In this document: piece after piece, positions 51,494-63,545 of the stretch
How positions within the stretch are numbered: the first letter of the stretch is position 1
Layout: each line of letters begins with the position of its first letter
Assembly (NCBI GenBank): GCA_020536535.1
Contig: JAHLWZ010000034.1
Coordinates: 1-64,000 of the forward strand
Direction: 5' to 3'
Length of the DNA stretch: 64,000 bases
Origin: Pelomyxa schiedti
Taxonomy: Eukaryota > Protista > Evosea
Made by a program: the position numbers and the translations under genes
Notes under the pieces: model-generated
Told to the model about the DNA's origin: nothing
What the model saw: the letters and a program-made list of their open reading frames with translations, nothing else
The model's database searches: none

Positions 51494-52045
51494 TTGCCGT
51501 GACAACTGTTTTTATGCCATGTAAGGAGCGATCTGAAATCGAGATTACGAACAAAGAGCAAAGAGCGGAACCCACACGGAGGTTGACCTCAAAACTGAAT
51601 TTATAGTGATTTATTTTCACATAGGCCTTTCTATTGTTTGTCTGGCACTATAATAGGGCTGACCTTCATAATCTACATCATGGTAACTTCCTCGGAAGTT
51701 ACCATGATGTGCACTTGGCAGGATTGCACAATTTTCGCCAGCTGGTGTGCGACCACAGCGCTTCTTTTTCTGAGGGCTAATGACGGCGTTCCGCTCTGTT
51801 GATAATTTCCACCAGCCAAATGGTGTTCAACTTCGATTCTTCTTCCTATGGGGCACACAAGGGAACCTTCCGAAGCCAACCCTTGGATTCTGAACCAGAG
51901 GTGAAGAGATTCGAATTGGTTGATGGGTTAGAACAGTTGCAGCGAAAACAAATTTGCGTCGCAAGTAGATCTCAACAAGGACACCGCAACACCGGTATTA
52001 GTATCGCATCTCCCGAATTACCGCCCAACACACGTAGTTAACAAG

Positions 52046-54263
52046 ATGTTGTTCGACGAGTATGGCAGGCCCTTCATCATCGTGAAAGAGCAACAAAATG
52101 GGAGAAGAAAACTCAAGGGGACAGAGGCCACAAAGGTCTTTTGTATAGTTTCGTTTGTCATGCTCAACTGTGGGTTTTTTTCCTATTGCAGGACCACATT
52201 CTCGCAGCCAAAGCAGTAGCTGCAACACTTCGCACTTCCCTTGGACCCAAAGGTGCCTTTTTTTCCCCGAGACTCTTCTTCGCTTAACAAATAACTGCAA
52301 TAAATAGGCATGGATAAAATTTTTGTTGGTCCTGATGGAGACGTTACAATAACCAATGATGGCGCAACCATCCTAAGTGAGATGCAGGTTCGCACGAGAG
52401 ATACAGTTTCATTTTCAACCTTCCACCACAGGTGGAGCACCCTATTGCAAAGTTGATGGTTCAGTTATCTAAATCTCAAGACGATGAAACCGGTGACGGT
52501 ACAACTGGGGTAGTTGTTTTTGCGGGAGCTTTACTAGAGCAAGCTGAAGCACTTCTAGATAAGGGCATTCACCCAACAAGGTACTCCTTCCCTTGAACTC
52601 AGTCCAGTGTAGTTTATATTTTTGGCAGGATATCTGCTGGATACGAGCAAGCTTGTAATGTTGCAGTCGAACATCTAAAGACCATAAGAACAACAACAGA
52701 GTGGTCACCCACCTCACTTGAGCCCCTGATCCACGCCTGTTGTACCGCACTTTGCTCAAAAGTGTGAGTGCCCAAGAATTAATTTCCTGCTTCTTACTCC
52801 TCCTACAGTGTTAACCGACTGCAGAGGCAGCTTGCCGAAATTTGTGTGAAAGCAGTTTTAGCTGTTGCTGATCTTACACGGAAAGATGTTTGTAGTTTTG
52901 TGACTTTCGAGAAATAACTTTTGCAGGTGAACCTGGACTTGATCAAAATTGAAACGAAGGTTGGTGGTACTCTAGAAGACACCCAACTTATAAACGGAAT
53001 TGTCATCGACAAGGATTTCAGTCACCCACAGATGCCAAAAGTGATTAGTTTTAGTTTCAGTGCTCAACACTTACACTGCACAGATAGTGAACGATGCCAA
53101 AATGTGTATTTTGACATGCCCATTTGAACCCCCAAAGCCAAAGACCAAGCATGGAGTTCATGTTTCCACTGTAGCAGCTTACCAAAAATTGTTTGAGGAA
53201 GAACAGGAGTCAGTGTCCTTTTTTCTTAAACAAAACCCTCACCACTTTAGGTATTTCCGCGATATGGTTGCCAAGGTGAAGGCCTCAGGCTGCAACTTAG
53301 CAATTTGCCAATGGGGTTTTGATGACGAAGCAAACCACTTGCTACTCCAAAACAACCTTCCAGCTGTCCGGTGGGTTGGTGGTGTTGAACTTGAGGTATT
53401 ACATCCTTTTACATTTTCCGATATCACTCACCTGTGGCCAAGCTAATTGCTATTGCCACTGGTGGCCACATTGTACCCCGATTCTCTGAATTAACTCCAG
53501 AAAAACTTGGAAGGGCCAGAGTTGTAAGGGAACTGAGCTTTGGAACTACTAAGGATCACATGCTTGTAATTGAGGGCTGTGCCAATTCTAAAGCAGTAAC
53601 AATTTTCATTCGTGGCGGAAATAAAATGGTAGCCTTCCCTTTTTTTTATTGATCCCTATTAATTCCTAAAGATGCTTGACGAAGCTAAAAGAAGTATTCA
53701 TGATGCTTTGTGTGTTGCACGAAACTTCATTCGTGATAACACAGTTGTTTACGGTGGAGGCGCCGCTGAAATGTCTTGTTCCATTGCTGTAGCCGAGGCT
53801 GCTGATAGGGTGCGTGCGTGTTGTTGTTTCTATGCATTTATTTTTTTTTTTTTTGCAAAAATAGATTACAGGAGTTGAGCAATATGCTGTGCGCGCCTTC
53901 TCTGATGCCCTGGATGCCATTCCGGTTGCTCTTGCAGAAAACTCTGGCTTGCCCCCACTGGAGACAGTGGCTTCAGTCAAAGCAAGACAAGTAGCCGAGA
54001 GGTGCTCACGATTGGGCATTGACTGCAATGGTGTTGGCACCAATGGTACTTTCTTAGTTTCTCAGAGAAACCAAACTAATTGTTGGTTAAGACATGTTGC
54101 AGCAGCACGTTACAGAGCCTTTTAGCTCCAAGGCACAGCAGTTCCTTTTAGCCACTCAAGTTGTCAAGATGATTTTGAAAATCGATGGTACTACAACTTT
54201 ATCACCCACTCTTCTCACATGTTATCTCCAGAGGTTGTCAATCTCGGCCATGACGACGAGTAA
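52046..54263 (+). CDS. CCT5: T-complex protein 1 subunit epsilon (13 introns)
   Basis: [89 protein letters not shown]. Confidence 0.97.
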
Positions 54264-54599
54264 GTTTTGTGTTGGCCAGTGACATTAAGTTGGACTAAAA
54301 CAAAATGCTTTACTCCTTTTTTGTGGGAGGAGGGTTACCTACACCCGGCTAAGGGGATAAAGACAGTCCATGGCAAAAAGTCGCTTCGAGAGTTCAATCT
54401 CATGAATGGAACAAAAAATACCGCAACTCGGTGGTCTAACAAACAAGTTGTGAAAGAGAGACGAATCACACGCGCCAGTGGAGTCACCTTGATGAGAGGG
54501 TCGTTTTTCGCACCCCAACACAACAATAAGCACGAAAAACAGGGAAAAGATTTTTTTTTTTCTTTAGGTCCAGAGCCTGTAAGTCGCCTCCTCTCCCCG

Positions 54600-55580
54600 T
54601 TAGAAATAGGCAGTGTCTCCGTCCTGGCGGCCATAGAATGCCCAGTTCTCGTAGAGCCTTCGCGCAGTCCTCAGCGACCCACCCCTGCAATCAACGAAAA
54701 TGTGTATCCCACTCAGAACGTGGTGCTCAGAGTAGATGGCAGAATCGCTGTCAAGGTGGCGGATCACTGCGGACTTGCCATTCCCGTAGACAGTGCTGGA
54801 GTAAGTACTAACAGCAGAAAGCAGGTCTTGGAGGTCGCCGCCGCCGACGCCTGCGGCTTTGCTCACCACACACCCCCACAGGCGATCCTTCTCAGCCTGC
54901 TTGTCGATTTGAAGCTGAAGTGCGGCCAACTCCTTGTTCAAGTCGGTTATCTGCCTGTGTAATGTGGAAATATCGAAGTCTCCGATGCTGTGGGGGGCAA
55001 TGTCCTGAGGGAAAGCGCTATGCACAAAGGTCTTGAGGGCTACCACGTTCGCGTTGTTACTTATCACGTGGTCTGTTGCCCCGGTTGCATCAGCAATGAT
55101 CGGCATGAAGAAGTACCCCAGGGGTGCCGGAATGCTCTTCTTCGCGCACATGCTTGCAAAGCAGATTTGGATCTTGGCCTGTTCCAACCCTGGGTCCCTG
55201 TTGAAGATGCAGTAGTACTGCGGCTTTGTCCCCTGCACAGCTTCCAAGAACGTCTTCAAAAGCATCGCGTCCTCGCCAGCCAGGCGGCCTTTGTCAACAT
55301 TGAAGACGAACATGATGACGAACTTTCCACCGGGGTTGAGCTGGTTTTTGATTGCCGTTGCTTTTTCGTGGCCATCGAACGGGTCGTTCACCCCTGGTGT
55401 GTCAATGTATGTGACGTCACCAAGGGTGAGTGCAGTGCACTCTGTGGTAACACCACACAGATCCTTAGAGTTACCAGAGTGAAAAGACACAGACGAGAAG
55501 ATTGCGTTGAGGAGTGTGCTCTTTCCACCTCCAGGGTTTCCCAAGAAAACCACAAAGTGACGGGAGACCACGCTTGACAT
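54600..55580 (-). CDS. Intronless AIG1/septin-like P-loop GTPase with coiled coil and unknown C-terminal domain
   Basis: VFLGNPGGGKSTLLNAI, GVTTEC, YIDTPGVND, MFVFNVDKGR, CIFNRD; coiled coil LHRQITDLNKELAALQLQIDKQ. Confidence 0.85.
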   Translation of the reverse strand: MSSVVSRHFVVFLGNPGGGKSTLLNAIFSSVSFHSGNSKDLCGVTTECTALTLGDVTYIDTPGVNDPFDGHEKATAIKNQLNPGGKFVIMFVFNVDKGRLAGEDAMLLKTFLEAVQGTKPQYYCIFNRDPGLEQAKIQICFASMCAKKSIPAPLGYFFMPIIADATGATDHVISNNANVVALKTFVHSAFPQDIAPHSIGDFDISTLHRQITDLNKELAALQLQIDKQAEKDRLWGCVVSKAAGVGGGDLQDLLSAVSTYSSTVYGNGKSAVIRHLDSDSAIYSEHHVLSGIHIFVDCRGGSLRTARRLYENWAFYGRQDGDTAYF

Positions 55581-56003
55581 TGGTACTGGGTTGTTTTTGT
55601 TTTTGTTGTTATTGCTTGTGTTTTTTTGTGGTTTTGTTTTAGCAAATATAAAGGCCGAAAGAACCCCCAATTTGCGCTTGCCGGCAAGTTAATGTTCGAG
55701 ATTAAAAATACACCAGATATGTGGATTATTTTTAGTTCTGTGGCCAAGTTGATGGTGGAAGAAAGCAGTTCAGTGTTGTGTCTTGTTCTTCTGTGGTAAT
55801 AACATATGACTGGCCGTGCCACAGACTCCTTCCTTCACAAATCTTGCGGTCTGCTCAATCTAACTCTGCACAGTTGGTGATTGGGACCTTCGCTGCTTCT
55901 AACTTTGTCAATTTCCCTGCGGGACTCGTGTAATGAAACCTGTGGCGCAGTCTCCCTCTGTTTCTTCGGGGAAAACCAGCCAACTTGGGGGAACCCAAAA
56001 AAA

Positions 56004-58935
56004 ATGGACAGCCGGCCATTGTGCAAGTACGGGAGGTCTTGCTTCCGTAAGAACCCAGACCACCTTGCTAAGTTCTCCCATAAGTTTCCACCTCTGCCCG
56101 CTGCCGCCGCCTCGACAGCAGCGCCCACCCCGCCCACGTCGTCATGCACCACTCTTTCCCTCAGCAGCCCCACCAAGCGCAAGGTTGGTTCTCCAACTCG
56201 TTCCAAACTGTCGACTCCGCCTAGGCTGCTTCGTCGCCCGTCGTTGTTGTTCACGCTCTCGCCGTCGTCGCAGTCCCTGGAGGACTCCGCATTTGGCCGC
56301 GACACCAAGTCCCATAACCGCGAGGGCGACACCGAGGAGGACAACGACGAAGACGAGTACACCTCGGACGACTCGGCGCGCAAAAAGAAGAGCCGCAAGA
56401 GGCCGCCCCCGCCGAGGCCCAGGGTGGTCGTCGACGCATCATCTTCCGCGAAGAGGGGTGGGAAGGGGGCCTCGAGGATTGACAGTGACAGTGACAATGA
56501 TAATGATTCTGATGGAGGAGGAGGGGGAGGTTCTGGTGCTATTTTTGGGTCTGGAGGAGGAGGAGATTCTGGCAAGAGCGCGATCAGTGGAAAGACTGTG
56601 TGTTTTTCTGGTGGACTGGCTGGAATGGTGAGGCGAGTGTGTAAGGAAAAGGCACTGAACCTGGGTGCTTTTGTTAGTGACACTCTGACCAAGAAGGTCG
56701 ATATCTTGTTCATAGGTTCATTTACTCCCAAAACAAAACCCGTAGTTGTGAGGGATTGTTTTAAGTAATTGGGTTTTGCCCTCTCTGGCTTTGGCGCTTT
56801 GTATTTCTGAATACTTCTCATCATTTCAGGGGATACACCTGGATCCAAGCTTGATAGGGCAAGGGATCTTGGAATTAAAGTAATGACAGAAGATGACTTC
56901 AAGGCCATTTTAGAGGGATCGTTCACTGAGGGTGGCTGTTCTCCCCAAATAGATCTGTATAGTTTCTCATTTTACAAGGTCCTACCCCAAAGAAGCTCAA
57001 ATCCGTTTCAACAACCACTGAACCAATACCAGTGTGGAAAACTGCCAGCAAAATCCCAGTAAAGAGCACTCCCGCTAAAGAATCTGGAGAATCTTCTGAG
57101 GATGAACTAGAAGATTTCCACCCGCAAACATCAACCACAACCACTACAGCAACAATTACAGTCGTTCACACTGATTCCACACCGCTGAACCCTCCCAGAA
57201 TTCAGACAACTACTATTCCCTCCAGTTCCACATCCAATTCTTCGCAACAGGTTTCTCCCCAAAAAATCTATCCTCTCTCACATTTCCAGAATAATAAACC
57301 TCCCTGTTTCTATGGTGCTTCATGCTACAGAAAAAATCTCTCACATTTTGAAAAGGTTGGACTATTCTACATATTTTGGACTAATCTTCTTCCAGTATTC
57401 TCACCCACCAATGGCTGGCGGTATCCCAGGAATGAAGAACCCGGAGAATTCAAATGCAAAAGAACCCTCTGTCCCTGTCCCTACTACACATATTTTACCT
57501 CGAAAGCAAGTAATGGAAGAAACGGAGGCACATTCACCTAGTGCAACCGAATCTGATGTAAATATTGAACATGAAAAAGAAACGGCAGGTAACCCCACTC
57601 CTAACTAAACAGCCAAATTTATTAAAGTACGAAGATGAGGCAAAAAGTCGGCCAAAAGCTCTCCATGAACTAACCCCTGGACAAATTGTGGATATTCAGT
57701 CCTCAACATCGTCTACTGTGTACCAGATAAAACGTGTGGGAGACCACTACTACTGTACCTGTCAAGCTTGGAAGAATCAAAATGCACCAGTTGACAGGTA
57801 AATCATGCAATTAATTTAGAGGAGCTTGATTTATTATTTAGTCGGTCATGCAAACATTTACATGATTACCTTGGTGACGCTTTCGAAAAGTGGCGTATGG
57901 GGCCTGATGCTGGTTCCTACAAGAGACCAGTGGCGAAAGTAAACCGCACGATACCAGAATTGCTGTTGGCTCACAAGTGGGAAGAGAGCCAGGACCCGAC
58001 GGGGTGGTGGATGTCCGAAAAATTGGATGGCGTGCGTGCCTTCTGGAATGGCCAGGTGAGACTTAAATGAAACTCCCAACACAGTACAAAACCGAGGCAA
58101 CACTGACGTTGCCCAGTGCTTTCTTTCTCGATTGGGGAATGTCTTTGCTGCTCCAAACTGGTATGTACAGGGCTTACCTAGTGACCTATGTCTGGACGGG
58201 GAGCTATGGTGCGGGCGCGGAAAGTTCCAGGAAGCTGTGAGCATTGTTAAGACCATGAACTCCCCTCAGTGGCCAAGTGTTTCGTATCAAGTGTTTGACG
58301 CCCCAATGGTTGATAACGGGAAAGCTCCATTTGAGGAGCGAATAGAGAGAGCAAAAAAAGCTCTCGCGGCCGGAAACCCTCAGCACGCCACTGTTATTGA
58401 ACACAAAATGTGCAAGGGAAAAGCCCACTTAATGGCGGAGCTCAAGCGAGTATGGTCCCTCCTCTCTTCAGCTACTATTCCCTGTAACAACTTTATACAG
58501 ATTCAAAGCTTCGGGGGTGAGGGCGTCATGCTGCGCAAGCCGGGATCGCATTATGTCCAGGGCCGGTCTACCACGCTCCTGAAAGTGAAAACATTCCACG
58601 ATGCCGAGGCCAAAGTTCTCGGGTGTGCATATTCCCGTATAACCGTTCTCTCTGCATCAAACCTTACTTGAACCCCCGCCAGATATGAAGACGGAAAAGG
58701 GAAGCACAAAGGGAGAGTTGGGGCCCTCCAAGTGGAATTCCCCAACGGAAAACACTTCAAAATAGGCACTGGGTTGTCTGACCGTGACAGGGAGCACCCC
58801 CCGCCCATTGGTTCATTTGTCACGTTCCGCTATCAGGAGCTCACACCGGATGGAATTCCTCGCTTCCCCGCTTTTGTATCCCAGAGGCATGATATGGACC
58901 AAGCCAGTTTCACCAAGCAGCTTATTCACCCTTAG
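56004..58935 (+). CDS. ATP-dependent DNA ligase (minimal bacterial/viral type) with N-terminal PBZ, BRCT, second PBZ and SWIM zinc finger
   Basis: PBZ CKYGRSCFRKNPDHLAKFSH; BRCT ISGKTVCFSGGL...GDTPGSKLDRARDLGIKVMTEDDF; PBZ CFYGASCYRKNLSHFEK|YSHP; SWIM YYCTCQAW...RSCKHL; ligase motifs SEKLDGVRA, LDGELW, YQVFDAP, GGEGVMLR, LLKVK and an OB fold ending PRFPAF. Confidence 0.93.
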
Positions 58936-58995
58936 ATTATTCCCGAAAATAAAGAATAAAGTATCAACAACAACTTTCTGTTTTTATTTGTTGGT

Positions 58996-60984
58996 TCATG
59001 GAGCAGAGGGGATATTTACAAGACCCCACTCCACAACAACAATGTTATCTCGTGGGATAGTGGTGTTACACACTGACACACCAAGCATGGAGGGTGGAAG
59101 TGGCGATTCGAATGTTGTGGGGTGTTTGACTTTACACCCTTGCCATAGAATCCAGATGCGGTGGACTTGAACATTAGTTGTTGTGGGGCCTAGAGATTCA
59201 ATTTGGAGTGGAGCTCGCGTGTTAACCACAGCTTCTGGCACAAATCTGTACTAGAAATTAGCGGGAGACAAATGATCAGGGACGGAGACCTAAACAAGAT
59301 GTAGGGAGTGTTCAGAAATTTGTCCAGGGAGTAGGTAATGAGGTCCGTTCTCTCTCGAACTGGAAGGCCTGTTAAAGTGAGTTGAGCATCCAGGAAGTCG
59401 GCGGCCTTGGATCCCTGGAGCACAGTAAATACGCCAATAAAGTGTTTTACAAAATCTCACTTCAATGCAAAACACTTGAGCAGATAAAGAGTGAATTCCA
59501 AGATCCGGGTCTGTAGTACTAACGTCAGCTTCCCAAAAGAGATAGGCGTGAGAAGTAGTTCTAGTATCCATAGGACAAGTTATTATTCCACTTCTATTCA
59601 GTTCCAGTTTCCAAGAAACTGTTTCATAGGGCCCCTTTATACATATCAAAAGAAAAAAGACTCACAATAGTAGCTTACCTGAGGGGATGTTGCTTGTGGA
59701 TGGGGGTGAAGAACTGTAAAATGCATACCCTTGACGGTGAGTGTTGTGGTCAAGTTCCAGGAAGACTCAGTGGTAGAGTTGGTTGGGGGGAAAAAACATA
59801 TCACTGGTTTGCATAGCCTAAGGACAAGATGAAGCGTAGATTCCTTAGCTACGTTGTTGTCTGCCAGGGTGCTGTCAGGGTCCAGCTGCTTTCCCCCAAA
59901 AATTAAACGCTTTTTCCCAGAAAGAACTCCAAGTCAGGAAACAGGGAGGAATATTGAGTGCGACAACCTGTTGGTTTATGGGGGTTCCAGTCTGCACTTG
60001 AATCAGTAGCATTAGCCACCCCAGAGTACAGTCAGGGCTTACAGTGAAACTGTGTATTTGTCCTGAAAGGCTCTTGACGAACAATTGCATGCTGCAAGTG
60101 TCATTTTGGTAATCAGTGGGAAGAGGGGGACCACTGATTCCCATTGGGAAGTTTACTTGGCACGCCTGGGTCGAACATGACCAAGGAATGGGAAAGAAGA
60201 AGTCTTACAGTGGGATAAATTCGGGAGCCATCAATGCGGAGTTGAACTGCACTATCAGCAGAACCAAAAAGAAAAGAAATAGCCCGGATAAGCTCTGGGG
60301 CAACTGGAGACACTTCCGTTGCGTTCCATTGTAGCTCCACTGACAAGCCACAAGGAAGAACCACATTGAAAGTGGAAGGATTGGAGTGTGAATTTTCATG
60401 CTCCACGTTTTTGAATTTGATCCAACTCGCGAGGGCTTGCTCAGCAACCTGCCTGAGGAGAGTGAGGGCATAGAATTTGAAGATGAAGAGATCACCTGCT
60501 TGGATAACGTACGGCTGTAAGAACTAAACACGGCTCACATAAGTTCCAGTCACACACTGTGCAAGTAAACCTCTTTGCTGGGTTTCTCCCAGCACAGTGA
60601 GAGCAAGACCAGTTACTTTCTGTAAGCCGAATACACATCAGTCAAATCAGGAGAGGGGAAAGAGGAAGCCTTACCCAAGTCATATTGAATAAGTTTCAAG
60701 GGGTGCTGATGTGGAACCCTTTGACAGGCCTCACACTGGTCATAGTCAAAACAAATTCCACACCTTTAATAAAAGTTTAGAGAGGAACCAGCATACAATG
60801 GTCTGGTGGTCGACGCAAAAAAAAAAAAAAAAAAAAAAGAGACACACCTAAAACGTGGGTTTCTCTGTGATAGGTGTGCAGAGTGGCAAACGTTACAGAA
60901 CCAATTATGCGGTACCGTGACTTCATGCATTGGGTGGCTATGCACACAATCGGAGATCTGGCTTGCTGTTGTGGCTGCCGACAT
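58996..60984 (-). CDS. Two C1/ZZ-like zinc fingers, a ubiquitin-like domain without GG, and an uncharacterised KPVI...YLFWEA...VVEWG domain
   Basis: [26 protein letters not shown] and [25 protein letters not shown]; [11 protein letters not shown]...NQQ|[42 protein letters not shown]; YLFWEAD; [17 protein letters not shown]; VVVEWG. Confidence 0.85.
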
Positions 60985-61090
60985 TCGATCTCACACTTCA
61001 CGTTTTCTTTAGAGTTGTGTGCCGTACGCCCATCTTTTTATTCAACGCCAAAATCCAATTCGGAACCGTCTTGTTTTTTTTTTCCTCACT

Positions 61091-63386
61091 TCACGATTTT
61101 CCAGAAGCGGAAGTCGTGGTGCTAGTGCCGGAATCATCATCATTCTCAGGATCGTTCTCATCCCCAGTCCCAGTCACGTTGTTGTGCTTGTGAGGCTCAA
61201 GGTCAGAGGCGAAAAGGTGACTGAGGAGGTCGACGGCTACTTTCACGGAAAGGAACGGCTGGTATTCGTTCTCCTTGTTTGGCTTGGAATCCCCTCCCGG
61301 GTAGTCCTTGGCATTGTCCTCGTCATAGAATATGGTGTTGCCGTCGAACCCGCCGTTCTGCGCCGGGTCGCCGGCCCACTTCATGAGCTGTGCGCGGTCA
61401 ATGACCCGGTCCGCGTCCGCGCTTTGCTGGTTCACGTCGTCCACGACGGTGCGGGCAAGCTCCGCGACGCTGAACCGTTTGCGGAACAGTTCTTCGCCTA
61501 TTCTGATGTCTTCTGGGCTCAGGTGGGGTGCGTTGTGGTCCACAGAGGCGGATGCGGCCCCTCTTATTCCTAGTGATGCTCCGAATCCTGCTTTGTAGGC
61601 ACTTTGAATGTGCGGAACCTTGATGGGTGTGAGTGAAAACCTGAAAACCGCGTTGTAATTAATAATTGAACTGGAACTTACTTGCTCGGCTGGGTTCTCG
61701 TCGCTTGTTCTCCAGGCTTTTGGATGCAGCAAGTTGGTAATCTCATCGAGTACGCGTTGCTTTTGACCATCAACCAAAGATATTACTTGATCTCGTAGCC
61801 CCTTATCTCTACCTGAAAGCTCCCCAAAAATAGAATCTATTACACGCATCTGTTTTTGTAAAACATTGAGAGGTAAATAGGCAAAGGAAAAGGGGAGGAC
61901 TTGCTCTGCTTGACAGGAAGTAAACGCGTCTACAAGTTTACTGATATGACGTTGGCAGGGCTTTTCAGGTAGTTTTTCACAGACCCCAAAAATGAATTGC
62001 ATTGCTTGCAGGAGATGTGCGTGAACCTGTGGAGTATCGGTTTCAATGTATGCAGGACAAGTTGATTGTTTACAGCAGGTTGTGAGGAATAAGCCGGCAA
62101 TCCTGTTTTGTAAGTCGACTTCACAAGATTTACAACTGGAACAGATTGAGTTCGGTCGTAGATCTCATCAACATTCGGGACACAGCGACGAACAATGTCC
62201 ACTATGGCAGAATCTCTCATTTTGGGAAACTGTTGAATGGGAGCCTCTTTCTTGGATGGACATGTTAGTTTTAACTTTTCAGTAAAGGCACTCACATCAG
62301 TGCAAGAAGCTGGACTCAAAAAGAAAGCAGCAAGTCGTGACAGTTGTGGATGTAATTCTGGAGGTGCAGAGTCATCCGCAACAGCAATATTGGCAATTTC
62401 TTCCTTCATGGAGTTACACAGAGATACAAAAAAATTAACTTTAGAATGCCTACATCGGTGACTCCTCCAACTCTGCGTCTCTTTGGTTGCAACAGTGGCT
62501 TAGCAGCAGGCGGGTGTGGAGGTCCCCTCTTTGCTGGAACATAGGGATGTCCAGAACTAAAACTACTTGGCAGTTGCCTCGATGCAGAGGATTTGGATGA
62601 GGCCGAAAAAAAGGATGTGATGTCACCTAAGTTGGTACTAGTAGGAGCAGGGCCGCCAGGGCGACGAGAAGCTGACAAAGAAGAACTAGCCGCGCTATTC
62701 TTGGAAGTAGAAACGCCCCCGGCACTGGCAGCAGTGCTTTTTTTCTTTGTCAAAGGCACAGTGGTGACTACATCAGTGTGAGACTGGGATTCAGAAGCCA
62801 ATGATGATGAAGTGGATGATTCCAAATGGGAAGGTGAAGATACAGGCACAACTTTGGATTTTGTGGAGTGGGTCTTGGTGGAGTCAACTGCAGGCTTGGT
62901 AGATTTTGCGGCAGAAGAAGCGGTAAACGTGGGAGACGACGAATAAGACTCATGGGAGGACTTTTTTTCGTCTGGTGTGCTTCCGCACATTTCGCAGGCG
63001 GTGTTTGTAGGCTGGTTCTCGAAAGTGCAGGCAGAGCAAACCCAATTATGGGCTGGATCCGCAGCAGCACTGTGCAGCACCTTTTTGGGCTTGGGCTTCG
63101 CAGTTGCTGTCGATTTCGGTTTTTTCTTACTGCTACCGTGGCTGTAGTCGTCCTCGTCCTCGTCGCCCTCGACCGAGACTGGGGCTGAGTCCTCAGGCTC
63201 CTCCTCCCTGTGGGCTCCGGTTTTCGATGTACCTGACGACGACGTGGGCGTCGTGGATGAGTACGAAACAAGCCAGTCCAGGGCGGCATCAAAATCGCCC
63301 GAGCAGGCATCTAATGCCTTTCGGCACTCGTCCGGTTGGAATCCAAGTTCCACCAACCTGTCCCGGTCGTCGTCTTTGCTCGCCAT
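61091..63386 (-). CDS. UBA plus RanBP2/NZF zinc finger protein with uncharacterised C-terminal domain
   Basis: RLVELGFQPDECRKALDACSGDFDAALDWL (UBA); WVCSACTFENQPTNTACEMCGS (NZF with TF motif); helical C-terminal domain (LVDAFTSCQAEQ, QVPHIQSAY). Confidence 0.87.
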
Positions 63387-63545
63387 CGTAGCGCCACCAA
63401 GGGCTTTGTGTTTTTTGAAAGAAATTTAGAAAAACAAAATGGGGCTTTTGGTTGTTTAAACTATAGAAAACATGTGTGAGGATTGTACAGGGTGTGTTTA
63501 GTTGGTGATTGTGTTGGTGATGCATGATAATGGTACGAATGGTGG

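Noticed and set aside
55835-56926. 363-aa minus-strand ORF
   Set aside because: Antisense shadow of the GC-rich, low-complexity first exon of the ligase; no motifs.
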